Virus record (IMG/VR): IMGVR_UViG_3300030613_000006
DNA from: a virus
Length of the DNA: 41,399 nucleotides
Reading direction: 5' to 3' (one strand)
Below the pieces are notes generated by a model that had not been told where the DNA came from, did no database searches, and saw nothing but the letters and a program-made list of their open reading frames with translations. Positions 1 through 9,054 of the stretch are shown here, one piece after another. The translations under genes and the position numbers were made by a program. The first letter of the stretch is position 1, and every line of letters begins with the position of its first letter.

Positions 1-127
1 TCTATTGACGCCTCAACTTCCTTTGTCCAATTATTCTTGCGTATTTCCTTCGTGCTGCCAGATTTCTTTAGAAGATAGTTTGCTACCCCTGCAAAATCAT
101 TCCACGCTTCGCCAAAGAAGGGTTTTA
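1..127. repeat. Terminal overlap, copy A (identical to 41273-41399); circular or terminally redundant genome
   Basis: Direct comparison: 1-127 and 41273-41399 read identically and the match runs to both window edges. Confidence 0.95.
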
Positions 128-1592
128 TGCCACCCCCCCATATTGCCTTTGCAGAGGCTTTGGGATGACCGAAAAGGAAAAACACATTCTGGCGCAATCC
201 CGCAGAAACATCGAGTGAGGCTAATGTGGCACGGGGTATATTCATGGCATCCAAAACAAGGCTTAGGTTTTTCCCCTCTTCGGGTAAATTTGTCCCCAGC
301 ATCCTATTTATCAACTTTACCTGATTGCGCTGCGGGAGTATCCTGTTCCCCTCGGCATCAAACTTGCCAAACAATCTGTCAATACCGTCAAGGGCGTTAA
401 TTCTCTCGGTGGTCTTATAGTCTTTATTAAGGCGTATGTAATCCTTTACGAGTGCCTTGTCTCCAGGTGTTAATCCGACATCTTGTGGATTATATGATTG
501 TTTGGGTAATTGCCCCTTGAGTTCATGGAGTGCTGCCCTTTGGCCTGCCTCTGCTGTTTCAGCCCCAGCTAATGCCTCCTCTGCTTTGGCAAACCGCCCA
601 CCTCGTTCAGCACGATAGAGGGCTTCCTGTTTTGTTATGGCGGACTTCACCCGTTCATTCAAAAGTAATATTTTATCTCTTACAGAACCGAGTGGGTCTG
701 GTGGAATTGGCTGTAATTTTGCTGCAACTTTTGGTGGGAGATTTCTTGGCACTTCACCTATAACTGTTTTGGCTACTTCTCCCACCTTTGGTGCGACTTC
801 AGGTATCTTGGAAGTAACCTTGCCAGTTAATTTCGCTATAATTTCCCTAGCCTGTGATTCGGGGGCGGCAAGGGACATTCTCTTGATAATATCATCAACC
901 GAACCCTCACCCAATCTTGCAAGTTCTTTCTCGCCCCATTGAATGAGTTTCTTTAAAGCATCCCCGGTAACCATTTTTGTAGCTTTGGCACCCCCAGGAA
1001 TCGGGACGAAGTACAAGGGTGCATAAGGGACTTCCCCAGCTACCAGTTGCCTAATGTTTTCTTGTTTTTCTTGAGACGGTAAGCCATAAAGCCCAGCCCC
1101 CTGAAGTCCTGATTTGTATGCGGGGGTTTCGGGTGTTGGTTTTGGCTTATCCCACCGTTCTAGGATTCCACCCGTGATTGGTTTTGCCACACCTGTTTCG
1201 TATGGGTGTGCATATTCGGGGGATAACCCCATTCCTTGATATATATCCCCCGGGTATCTTGTTTGATACTCTGGTTCAGTGAAGGTTACAGGGGTTTCCT
1301 CGCCCGTTGTAGGCCGCATCGAGACACCCTGTTCCCATAACTTAGGTTCTATTTGTGTAACCTGTGGGACATATCCCTGTGGTCTTACACCCCAACCTGG
1401 TTCGGGTTCATAGAGTTTCTTCCACTCCTTATAAGGTGGGACTTGTGCCTTTTGTAAAAGCTCAGGTGGTAGCTGGTCAGTTTTCCACAAGCCTAGAATA
1501 TCCGTGCCGGCGGGCGGTTTTTGTGTCGCCGCACTAGGCGATGGTTGCCCAATAGGTTTCTTGGTTGCCCACGGTGGACTCCAAACTACCAT
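1..1592 (-). CDS. 5' part (codons 1-530) of an 877-aa wrap-around ORF; large virion-associated protein, function unknown
   Basis: ATG at 1592-1590 overlaps the TAA of the upstream gene (TAATG). I translated the minus frame codon by codon from 1592 to 1 and found no stop. It is absent from the ORF track because it has no stop at this end of the window. It begins MVVWSPPWATKKPIGQPSPSAATQKPP. Confidence 0.8.
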   Translation of the reverse strand, partial: MVVWSPPWATKKPIGQPSPSAATQKPPAGTDILGLWKTDQLPPELLQKAQVPPYKEWKKLYEPEPGWGVRPQGYVPQVTQIEPKLWEQGVSMRPTTGEETPVTFTEPEYQTRYPGDIYQGMGLSPEYAHPYETGVAKPITGGILERWDKPKPTPETPAYKSGLQGAGLYGLPSQEKQENIRQLVAGEVPYAPLYFVPIPGGAKATKMVTGDALKKLIQWGEKELARLGEGSVDDIIKRMSLAAPESQAREIIAKLTGKVTSKIPEVAPKVGEVAKTVIGEVPRNLPPKVAAKLQPIPPDPLGSVRDKILLLNERVKSAITKQEALYRAERGGRFAKAEEALAGAETAEAGQRAALHELKGQLPKQSYNPQDVGLTPGDKALVKDYIRLNKDYKTTERINALDGIDRLFGKFDAEGNRILPQRNQVKLINRMLGTNLPEEGKNLSLVLDAMNIPRATLASLDVSAGLRQNVFFLFGHPKASAKAIWGGGIKPFFGEAWNDFAGVANYLLKKSGSTKEIRKNNWTKEVEASI

Positions 1593-3358
1593 TAGAGTTG
1601 GCTTGCTCCTGTCAGCATCGGGGAGAAGGCTGTTGGTTTCTCGCCCCTAGCCTCTGGTCTTTGCTCAAACCATTTAGCCATAAAGTCATATCCTTTAAGG
1701 AAATCAGTCCACTTTTGACCCTTAGCTGTGGTTTCCCATATACGCCTTAACTCATTGAATACGGCTGGCGAACTTGCCCACTCATTCATAAATGGGGTCA
1801 TCTTCAAGACATCAAGGGCTGAATAAAACTCACCCCAACCCTCTAACTCCTTATTGTGACTCCACTCCCAGCTTTCCTCCCTACGCTTGTTACGGTCAGC
1901 AACTTCCCTAGAATCCCAATATCTTTTAACGTCTATATCCCAGTCATTCCAGTAATCAGTATCAGACTGGGCCTGTGACTTCTGTGGTGGTTGATAGGGA
2001 ACGTCTTTTGCCCAAGATGCAGTAAATACGGGATTACCGAATGAATCGTACTTATTGGTCTGCCTAGTCTCCAATCTCATTGTCGTGCCGTTGTCTACCA
2101 TCTTCTGCATCTCATTAGGGGACATCTCTGACAACTCACGCCCAGAGTTCATTAGAGACTCATAATCAATAGACTTTAACTTATCAGGGTCATCAGCGCC
2201 CCACAACGGGATACTACTCTCATTGGAAAACTGTTCAAACACAGATGATATATAATTGACTACTTTCGGTGCTTTGTAACCAGTATCCCACAAACTTGCT
2301 ATACTTGCCTCATCTTCCATCGCATCCAACCTCTCGTCTGAAATAGGAACATATCTAGCATTGTCGCCTATTTCTTTGGCGAATTGAGATAAATTAGTAT
2401 CGTTTTGAGCTTCATAAAATTCTGGTCTAACTTCACCGTGCTCTACAAGAGAGAGATTAACACCAAGTTGCTGCTCGGGTGCCTTAGATACGTTTTCAGG
2501 GGTAATTTTACCTTCCTGTATGCCGCCAACAACCCTCTCCATAGTCGTACCCTTTTCTACTTTACCCTGTTTCTCCATATCAGCGCCAACAGCGAAGTAA
2601 TCGGGTAGATTAGAGGCGCTTATATCCGAAACCCCCATTTGAACTTCCTGCGCATAAAGCGTACTCGCACTTCTGCCAGCAGTTGAGCCGTATGCTTTGG
2701 TAAATTCCCCACCAGTGAGTGTTTTAATGCCCGTCTGGGTAGGTGTTTCCCCCTCAGCATAAGCCGCTTTTGGAGAGAATATAGAACCCTGCATAGTATT
2801 ACTCAACCAATCGCCAGCTTTAGATACATAATCTTTCAACGTGGTTTTTAACTGTGTTTCAGCCCGTGGTGTATAGGGTTTAGTGGTGGCTGCCTGGCCA
2901 TATCTCTCTGCCACCTTATCAACACTTTCACCCTCTTGCCACGGTGTTTGTAACCACGGGTATTGCTCACCCAAAGCCTTAACTCTATCTAATTGCTCTT
3001 GATAAGATTGCGTCATACCAGGTTGGTAAGGGACATAACCTTTACCTGGAGCATACGCTTGTGTGGGCGGGGCTTGTAATTGCCTAGTAACATCTTCTGC
3101 TTCGGCTTTCCGTTGTCCATAAGCCGCGTAATCCGGCTGAGCCTCATAAGCGGCAGTAGGAATATTACTGTAATATGTTTGAGGTGGTTTGGGCTGATAG
3201 GAAGTTGGTTGTGGGATTCCATATGCCTTTGCAGCCGCAGGATTAGCTGCCCATGCCTTTGCGGGATCGAGTTGTAAGCCGGTCGCTAGTTTACCCGTAT
3301 ACGGCTTAGATGCTTTCTTATAAATATCTTCTTCGGGCAAGCCAAACATATTAGCCAT
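1592..3358 (-). CDS. Large virion-associated protein (588 aa), function unknown; Y/P/Q/A-rich N-terminal third, W-rich C-terminus
   Basis: Long ORF whose ATG overlaps the portal stop (TAATG). It sits directly after the portal, where minor head or ejection proteins usually lie. No motif recognised. Confidence 0.75.
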   Translation of the reverse strand: MANMFGLPEEDIYKKASKPYTGKLATGLQLDPAKAWAANPAAAKAYGIPQPTSYQPKPPQTYYSNIPTAAYEAQPDYAAYGQRKAEAEDVTRQLQAPPTQAYAPGKGYVPYQPGMTQSYQEQLDRVKALGEQYPWLQTPWQEGESVDKVAERYGQAATTKPYTPRAETQLKTTLKDYVSKAGDWLSNTMQGSIFSPKAAYAEGETPTQTGIKTLTGGEFTKAYGSTAGRSASTLYAQEVQMGVSDISASNLPDYFAVGADMEKQGKVEKGTTMERVVGGIQEGKITPENVSKAPEQQLGVNLSLVEHGEVRPEFYEAQNDTNLSQFAKEIGDNARYVPISDERLDAMEDEASIASLWDTGYKAPKVVNYISSVFEQFSNESSIPLWGADDPDKLKSIDYESLMNSGRELSEMSPNEMQKMVDNGTTMRLETRQTNKYDSFGNPVFTASWAKDVPYQPPQKSQAQSDTDYWNDWDIDVKRYWDSREVADRNKRREESWEWSHNKELEGWGEFYSALDVLKMTPFMNEWASSPAVFNELRRIWETTAKGQKWTDFLKGYDFMAKWFEQRPEARGEKPTAFSPMLTGASQL

Positions 3359-5115
3359 TATAAGTTACCTCCCCCCGCTACACTTGATAGCCGCCGGGCT
3401 ACTTCTTCCTCACTTGTTGGGGGTGCCCCTTGCGATTGCCCTTGTTGCGGTTGACCCTGTGGGGGTTGCTCCTGTCCTGACTGTTGTAAAGCCTGAATCA
3501 TTTGCTGTACCGCTACTTGGTCTGAAAGGTCCTCTTTCTGAAGCCTCTTAATAAAGTCAGCAATCATCAAGGTAGCCTCGTCTTTTTTACCCTGTTCTTT
3601 TAGAGCTTCGATTGTACGGAGTATTTTAATCTTTGGTACAGCGGGGTCATCCACATTCAGTATCTCCGCCTCATCTACTCTCTTTTCTTCCTGAACCCCG
3701 GCGTAGTCCTGAATCTGCCCCACCTTCTCCTGTAAGAACTTATTAGAAAGTAGGTTAGTTTCTTGCATCATCTTAACCTTCGCCCAGTTGTTAGCATCTT
3801 CCTCTGGGGTAATTGACACAAATTCAACCTCAACCTCAAATTTACCCTCAAGGTCGCCAGGTTTAATTTCTTCTTGAAAGAATCTACCCTTACTGTCACG
3901 CCCAACAGCATCCCACTTCATGCCAGTATAGATATATTGCTCAACCATCTCGTAGATTAACTTTTTATAGAACGTAGACAATCCCTGTAAAAGGGGATTG
4001 GCAACATTCTCAGAACCCTGAAGGATTTTACTAAGTGCTGGTTCTGACCATTCCTGCCCCTTCCACGTTTGTCCGTATCGTAAATAGGGATAGGTTATTC
4101 TCTGTGCCGCCTGAGAAAATGTTTGATAAATCTCCCGCAACGTGCTGGACACATCTGGGGGATTGACCATTTGTATCTTCGCTTCCATAGGAAGTGTGGT
4201 CATTTCGCCAGTACCCCACGGCATATTCACCTTCATTTTGTCGTCAGGGACAAAGGCGAACCCGCCAGGTCTATCACTCTTTCTAGCAACATTCATGCTT
4301 ATCGTTAATATTTTATTAAGTTGTTCATAGGTGTCCCTGACCCCAGCGTAAATAGATTCACCCCAATTTGTGACGTAGGCATATTTGTCTGAAGTGCCGA
4401 CAATGAGCGGGGTGTCGCCTATCGGGACTACAATCACGGGTGGGTGCTCGAGTTTATGTTTCGAGTCTCCATCATTGGCCACCTCGTCTGCCACCAAAAT
4501 AACATTATCCCCATCATCCCAAAATTCCATTAGCCGTATATCGGATAACTTCTCACCCTTAGTATTCTTAAAAGCCTTAAAATCTTTCTTGTATTCAAAT
4601 TTAATTGTTTCTGAATCACGCCATGTTGAGTAATTAGTCCATTCCATTCCTCTCGCACTTGCCCCATAAGCCAAAAACTTCGGATGCGGGTCGTAAGGCA
4701 GAATATCAACAATAACCCCCTTGTCTTTTTTGTAAACTAAAATCCTTCCTGCTATGAAGCCCCTAATAGCACCATAGAATATAGAACATGACTGCAATTT
4801 AGGCATGAGCCTATTATTCAACCTGTTATCCGCCATAGCTAGCGCAGAAAAAACAAACCTCTCTAATTTAGCTTCTTTCTTCCCATTCTTATCATCTCGA
4901 TGGAAGGCTAGTTTTAATTTAGAACCCCCAAGTGTCTGCATTAAGGAATTGGCAAACGCCCTCGGTTCTGGATAGGTGACATTATCGCTCCAGCCATCTA
5001 ATTTATACGGGCTTAATTGCCATATATTATAGTCTGAGTCCATACGGGTAACTAACGCCTGATGTCTGGTTTCAAACGTAGTAACTAAATTCTTGATTTC
5101 GCTAACTGTTTTCAT
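3358..5115 (-). CDS. Portal protein (putative)
   Basis: 585-aa ORF downstream of the terminase genes in the late operon. GGAGAAG RBS 10 nt upstream. Acidic/Q-rich C-terminal tail. The call rests on size and synteny, not on a recognised motif. Confidence 0.6.
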   Translation of the reverse strand: MKTVSEIKNLVTTFETRHQALVTRMDSDYNIWQLSPYKLDGWSDNVTYPEPRAFANSLMQTLGGSKLKLAFHRDDKNGKKEAKLERFVFSALAMADNRLNNRLMPKLQSCSIFYGAIRGFIAGRILVYKKDKGVIVDILPYDPHPKFLAYGASARGMEWTNYSTWRDSETIKFEYKKDFKAFKNTKGEKLSDIRLMEFWDDGDNVILVADEVANDGDSKHKLEHPPVIVVPIGDTPLIVGTSDKYAYVTNWGESIYAGVRDTYEQLNKILTISMNVARKSDRPGGFAFVPDDKMKVNMPWGTGEMTTLPMEAKIQMVNPPDVSSTLREIYQTFSQAAQRITYPYLRYGQTWKGQEWSEPALSKILQGSENVANPLLQGLSTFYKKLIYEMVEQYIYTGMKWDAVGRDSKGRFFQEEIKPGDLEGKFEVEVEFVSITPEEDANNWAKVKMMQETNLLSNKFLQEKVGQIQDYAGVQEEKRVDEAEILNVDDPAVPKIKILRTIEALKEQGKKDEATLMIADFIKRLQKEDLSDQVAVQQMIQALQQSGQEQPPQGQPQQGQSQGAPPTSEEEVARRLSSVAGGGNL

Positions 5116-5293
5116 AAGGTGACTTCTCCACTAAATCCCGCTCGGCTAACATGGCGGTAAATCTAGGGTCTCTCCATGTTTTCGGGACTACCCTGAATTT
5201 CGGTTCACTGTTGAAAGTAACCTCAAATGGCAACATTTGTTCGGTCTGTTCCATTGTTAGTTTCTTAAACTCGGTAAAAGTTATCTGTTGCAT
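5102..5293 (-). CDS. Hypothetical protein (63 aa)
   Basis: AAGGAG RBS 7 nt upstream of the ATG. Tightly packed between neighbouring genes. Confidence 0.6.
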   Translation of the reverse strand: MQQITFTEFKKLTMEQTEQMLPFEVTFNSEPKFRVVPKTWRDPRFTAMLAERDLVEKSPYENS

Positions 5294-5294
5294 A

Positions 5295-5501
5295 TCATCT
5301 CCTTGGTTTTAATACCCTTTTAATAGCTGACATTTTCTGTTTAGTGGCTTGTTCAAGAGAAATACCATCCATTAAGGGGTCTATAGTAACCCTACACCAT
5401 CTCCCAGTTTTATTAGAATGGGCATCAATTATCACACTATCGGGATGTACCAAAGGGTTGTTGCGGTCAATGTATCGAGCGGTTACTTCAACATCATTCA
5501 T
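5295..5501 (-). CDS. Hypothetical protein (68 aa; start refined to MNDVEVTARY)
   Basis: An internal ATG at 5501 is preceded by GGTAAGGAGGTAAAT. The track start at 5570 is a TTG with no RBS. Confidence 0.6.
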   Translation of the reverse strand: MNDVEVTARYIDRNNPLVHPDSVIIDAHSNKTGRWCRVTIDPLMDGISLEQATKQKMSAIKRVLKPRR

Positions 5502-5554
5502 ATTTACCTCCTTACCTGGATTGCTTCGCACTTTCCCATATTCATCTCCTTGCC

Positions 5555-5662
5555 TTAACCATGCCACCAAATAGATTTAGCTGAACGGAACAAAAGTGTC
5601 CACTGTACCGCTACGGCGATAAAAAGAATCACCACAACAATTCTGCCAATCATATCCCACAT
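5555..5662 (-). CDS. Small membrane peptide (35 aa, MWDMIGRIVVVILFIAVAVQWTLLFRSAKSIWWHG)
   Basis: ATG preceded by AAGGAG with a 5-nt spacer. One clear hydrophobic helix. Below the ORF-track size cutoff. Confidence 0.45.
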   Translation of the reverse strand: MWDMIGRIVVVILFIAVAVQWTLLFRSAKSIWWHG

Positions 5663-5856
5663 ACCATCTCCTTACTCGGTTTGAATGGAAGATAACTTGA
5701 AGGATGTATTGTAAAATTTTCTTGATTCCCACAATTAGGGCAAATCGTTTCTTCCTCCCTGTCATCAAAAATAGGGGTTCGCTTACAAGTGGGACAAATG
5801 CAGGCAACAAGGTGTTTATCTTTTTCTTTGTCTGTTCCCCATTCATAGATTTCCAT
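5650..5856 (-). CDS. Zinc-ribbon protein (68 aa; CPTC...CPNC)
   Basis: Strong AAGGAGGT RBS directly after the TerL stop. Two CxxC pairs. The overlapping 5577..5846 ORF in another frame has no RBS. Confidence 0.65.
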   Translation of the reverse strand: MEIYEWGTDKEKDKHLVACICPTCKRTPIFDDREEETICPNCGNQENFTIHPSSYLPFKPSKEMVCGI

Positions 5857-5858
5857 TT

Positions 5859-7244
5859 CTACCTCCTTACTGGTATCGCTTCGCCTCGACTATCTCTGGT
5901 ATAGACCCTCCCCCAGTTTGATTCTCCCGTTCTGATTCCATAACCAAATCTATTGACAAGCCAGTAAATCACAGCTTTACAGGCATGGTTATCCTTGTCT
6001 TTTGGCCTACCTGTATTAGCATCTCTCAACCACGATCCCGCCCCGAACACCGGCGACTTCCCGCCGCCACATTCGGCTATAAAGCCCTTACAAGAATGGT
6101 TTACATATAGCTTAGGTTTGTAGGTAACAGGGTTTACTTTCAGAAAAGTCCTTAGAAGTTCGATGCCCTGATTCTCGTCAACCCTTCTTCCCTGAAGGTA
6201 TAATTTAGCTTTACTCTGCCACACCTCGATAGGGGCCGCCATTGCCTGGTGCTGTTTCCCCGCTACGTCAATCGCCCCACCGACAACTTTATGCCACCAT
6301 CTCCTTTGCTGGCAAATATCAATCATGTCTTCGGTGGTATATCCCTGAAAATAAAGTTCGTCTATTAAGTAAACGTCATCGTTTTTGGTTTGTATGACTT
6401 CTATGGCGTGCGCCCCGGCGTAACCAGGGTCTACGGCTAACTCAACAGGTAATTCGGGGTCAACCCCATAACTCCCCACATGAACGGGATTTGAGAACTC
6501 CGTCATTATCAAGCCCGAAGGCTTACACGGCAGTGCGGCGTATCTCTCCATCGCCAAATCAAGCGGGGTTTCCATGAACAGACGATAGATTTCGTCATTT
6601 ACGTTTTCTACCTTCCTCCCGCCGGTGAGGGTGATGGTTTTATCCCCAGGTTCAAACGCTACTGTATTGCTCCACGTTGGCAAAGAAAACGATTTTGCAT
6701 CCTCGTCATTCTGCCCCTGCCAGCGAGTAAAATAATCGGCATACCAGCCTAGCGAGCCCTCAAAAGTTCCCGTTAAAACCATCGGGGCTTTCTTTTGAGC
6801 TATCCTACCCCTTAGCCTAAGATAAGCCTCATATTCGATTTGTGCCGCCTCACAGACCAACACGAAGTCGGGAGCCTCCATGCCGATATCCTGCGGGTCT
6901 TTGGCTGATTTCGTGGCTACCCGGCAACCGTTCCAGCAGGTAAATTCCCACGGTGGTATTTTAGTCGGGCCGCCAGTGCTTATGAGTCCTAATTTCAAAC
7001 AGTCGTTAAATAAGTATTCAAATTCCTGTCGGGTCTTTTCATACTCCGCACCGACCAACCATATCAACTTAGAGCGAGGGACGTAAAGAACTGCCTCTTT
7101 GGCCCCAACGTATGATTTACCCCCTCGTTCTCCCCCTGCCACCAATTTGATACGGTGATCGTCTTGATGTACGACGTCCTGAAGGGGAGTAGGGGAGTAT
7201 TCCAAATCCCTGTAAATACCCTGACGGTAATCCTCTAATGCCAT
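5859..7244 (-). CDS. terL: Terminase large subunit
   Basis: Walker A GGERGGKS near the N-terminus, a DFVLVCEAA Walker-B-like segment, and a C-terminal RNaseH-like nuclease half with acidic motifs (LAVDPGY, IDELY, KDKDNHACKA). 461 aa. Follows TerS in the late operon. Confidence 0.9.
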   Translation of the reverse strand: MALEDYRQGIYRDLEYSPTPLQDVVHQDDHRIKLVAGGERGGKSYVGAKEAVLYVPRSKLIWLVGAEYEKTRQEFEYLFNDCLKLGLISTGGPTKIPPWEFTCWNGCRVATKSAKDPQDIGMEAPDFVLVCEAAQIEYEAYLRLRGRIAQKKAPMVLTGTFEGSLGWYADYFTRWQGQNDEDAKSFSLPTWSNTVAFEPGDKTITLTGGRKVENVNDEIYRLFMETPLDLAMERYAALPCKPSGLIMTEFSNPVHVGSYGVDPELPVELAVDPGYAGAHAIEVIQTKNDDVYLIDELYFQGYTTEDMIDICQQRRWWHKVVGGAIDVAGKQHQAMAAPIEVWQSKAKLYLQGRRVDENQGIELLRTFLKVNPVTYKPKLYVNHSCKGFIAECGGGKSPVFGAGSWLRDANTGRPKDKDNHACKAVIYWLVNRFGYGIRTGESNWGRVYTRDSRGEAIPVRR

Positions 7245-7338
7245 TTTTACCCCTGAGTCTTTCGCTGCCCGTTATAACCTTCGGGCGGTATTGTTTCATC
7301 AACTCTTGAAAAGTCGGAAAGCGAGGTTGATAGTTCAT
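7117..7338 (-). CDS. Questionable ORF (73 aa) overlapping the terL 5' end by 128 nt
   Basis: The ATG overlaps the stop of the upstream 43-aa ORF (ATGA). The first ~31 codons are unique. The remainder is an R/G/S-rich out-of-frame reading of terL. Confidence 0.3.
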   Translation of the reverse strand: MNYQPRFPTFQELMKQYRPKVITGSERLRGKNGIRGLPSGYLQGFGILPYSPSGRRTSRRSPYQIGGRGRTRG

Positions 7339-7466
7339 TTCTTTTTATGGACACCTTTAATTTTTCCTTTATTCGCTGAGGCATAGAAAACCCTTTTGCC
7401 CTTCTCTTTGCCATATTCCCTTTTCATATTCTTGAGAATTTTGTTACCCTTCTTCGTCAGTGGCAT
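7335..7466 (-). CDS. Small basic protein (43 aa, MPLTKKGNKILKNMKREYGKEKGKRVFYASANKGKIKGVHKKK)
   Basis: TAATG coupling to the upstream gene. From memory, the ..YG..KG.RVFYAS.NKG.IKG pattern resembles a widespread small basic phage/prokaryote family (unverified). Confidence 0.5.
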   Translation of the reverse strand: MPLTKKGNKILKNMKREYGKEKGKRVFYASANKGKIKGVHKKK

Positions 7467-7681
7467 TATTTCACCAACCCCTTTATTTTTTGGTTCCGAT
7501 AATCAATGCCCTGCTCCATAAGTGTATTCACCCGTTCCCTGCCCACTGTCCCCTGCCTACCTAAACTTCTCAGATAAATAATCGAAATCGGGTCGTCAAT
7601 ATTCTCAACAACGAACTTTTGCAGTTTTTTTCTAGCCCCTGGCCTCACGTTGCTCTCTAGTCTATTCCAGCTCAAGTCCAT
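7466..7681 (-). CDS. Hypothetical protein (71 aa)
   Basis: AGGAG RBS. TAAATG junction with the upstream gene. Confidence 0.6.
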   Translation of the reverse strand: MDLSWNRLESNVRPGARKKLQKFVVENIDDPISIIYLRSLGRQGTVGRERVNTLMEQGIDYRNQKIKGLVK

Positions 7682-7924
7682 TTATTTCTCCTGCAAATAC
7701 CTGATTCGTTTTATACAACCACAGGGGATTAACAACCGGTCGTTATTCTCCCCATATTCCCTATCAACGCTTGCCGCCAACGCAATGTGCCGTGTGTTTC
7801 TGTCTATCACATATCCCACTGTCCGAATCTCGCAGCACTCCCGAGATTTAGTGTCAGCGTTTTTTTCCCACTTCTGATTCCCCGTTGAATCAACCCAATC
7901 AACCTGTGCTAGTTTTAATTTCAT
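7682..7924 (-). CDS. Hypothetical protein (80 aa)
   Basis: GGGGAG RBS 6 nt upstream. First gene after a 200-nt noncoding gap downstream of TerS. Confidence 0.6.
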   Translation of the reverse strand: MKLKLAQVDWVDSTGNQKWEKNADTKSRECCEIRTVGYVIDRNTRHIALAASVDREYGENNDRLLIPCGCIKRIRYLQEK

Positions 7925-8126
7925 TTTTCACTCCCCTTTAGCTTTGATTGTTTTTCTTTTTGTATTTAAAATTTCTAGGAGGGTATCCCCCCCGCACTAC
8001 AGTCGAGAAAGGGAAGTGGGGGTCTCCTGGCTTCTACTCTCAGGGAAGCTCAAAGAATGAGTATAATCATTATTATACCCATTACTTTACGTTCAATACT
8101 AGACCAAGAAGTGGATTAAAGGTTAT

Positions 8127-8672
8127 TTAAGCCTGGTTATCCGGTGATTCTAGTTGATAAAGTGTTTTTATTGGTTCAGTTTGTGCAGATATAGTTATAC
8201 CACTCTCACCACTACCATTATCACTATCATTACTCTTATTTATACCCTTATCTATACTATTACTACTTATACTTATACTATTTAACTGTAATAGCTCGGC
8301 GTACTTCTCTAGTCTTTCTATGGCTTTCTGGCTTCTCTCGTCTAGGCTATGTTTAGTCTGTAGTATATCTATATACTTATCTGGGAAGTGTGCTTTTAGG
8401 GCTGCCAGTAATGCGATTAGCTGGCGCTGAGTACAGTCTATAAGGCCCCGGGCCAGTTGGTGTAGTTGACCTTCAAGTATATCGCCGTGCTGCTCCTTAA
8501 GGCTCTTATACTCTGCTTCAAACTCTTTGTCTGATTCAACCCAGTATTTAAATGTATTCCAGGACTTAAACCCAATCGCAGTAAGTGTAGGTCTAACCGA
8601 TCCGTGTTCTAGGTAATGATCAAGAAACTTCTGTTTATGTGCTGCCGTTTCTTCTGGGCTATATCTAACCAA
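8127..8672 (-). CDS. terS: Terminase small subunit (putative)
   Basis: The N-terminal pattern (F..Y...G......A..IGF.SWNTF..W...D.EF) is typical of HTH-type small terminases. 181 aa. Lies upstream of terL. TTG start with an AAGGAAA RBS. S/N-rich low-complexity tail. Confidence 0.6.
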   Translation of the reverse strand: MVRYSPEETAAHKQKFLDHYLEHGSVRPTLTAIGFKSWNTFKYWVESDKEFEAEYKSLKEQHGDILEGQLHQLARGLIDCTQRQLIALLAALKAHFPDKYIDILQTKHSLDERSQKAIERLEKYAELLQLNSISISSNSIDKGINKSNDSDNGSGESGITISAQTEPIKTLYQLESPDNQA

Positions 8673-8693
8673 CCCTATCTATTTCCTTTATAC

Positions 8694-9038
8694 CTATGCT
8701 ATTTTAGACAGCTCATACGCTGTACCTTTGATATGATTCCCGTGACCTCTTATATATTCAGCTATCCTATATTGAATTGGGGTTAGCCCGTGGCCCACCG
8801 GGGATTGCTCGGGGTCCCTGCTCCACGTACTCCAATGTCCTGGTATTCCTAAACTACCAATGGCAGTATCAATGTCTGCCTTACTTATTATGCTATTTTC
8901 AAAAGGTGCTTTGAATATATTACGGTTAGGTTTGGAGCCGCCTGCTTGCGATTCTCCAGCATCAAAGTCACCACTAGATACGCTTGAATAGTTATCTAGT
9001 ATAGCGATGATGTGTTTAGCGGAGTACGTTAAACGCAT
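8694..9038 (-). CDS. First gene of the late arm; hypothetical, possible HTH-type regulator (114 aa from the ATG at 9038)
   Basis: ATG 9038 is preceded by GAGAGGG. The track start at 9050 is a GTG inside the putative -10/TSS region. The C-terminal LTPIQYRIAEYIRG......AYELSKIA is weakly reminiscent of sigma region 4 or an HTH. Confidence 0.5.
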   Translation of the reverse strand: MRLTYSAKHIIAILDNYSSVSSGDFDAGESQAGGSKPNRNIFKAPFENSIISKADIDTAIGSLGIPGHWSTWSRDPEQSPVGHGLTPIQYRIAEYIRGHGNHIKGTAYELSKIA

Positions 9039-9054
9039 ACACCCTCTCACTTAT

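Noticed and set aside
5-942. Plus-strand ORFs 5..400, 530..763 and 637..942
   Set aside because: They lie antisense to the continuous 877-aa minus-strand ORF that I translated without stops. They have no RBS and a P/L/S/C-rich composition typical of shadow frames.
5577-5846. 89-aa minus-strand ORF overlapping the zinc-ribbon gene
   Set aside because: It is in a different frame from the RBS-supported 5650..5856 gene. Only its last part, re-read from the ATG at 5662, gives a plausible 35-aa membrane peptide.
7987-8022. Hairpin CCCCCGCACT / AGTGGGGG in the same gap as a terminator
   Set aside because: The stem is bulged with a 16-nt loop and has no adjacent U-run on the transcribed (minus) strand. 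It is not convincing as an intrinsic terminator.
8039-8075. TTGAAC ... TATAAT on the minus strand in the 200-nt TerS-downstream gap
   Set aside because: The spacer is 13 nt, too short for a sigma70 promoter, and there is no TG extension.
9039-9050. GTG start at 9050 for the first late gene, and other track starts at 5570, 10332, 12663, 13669, 14869, 21928, 24939 and 25106
   Set aside because: Each is an upstream alternative start lying inside the previous gene or inside the RBS. A downstream ATG with a proper GGAG-type RBS or ATGA/TAATG coupling fits better.
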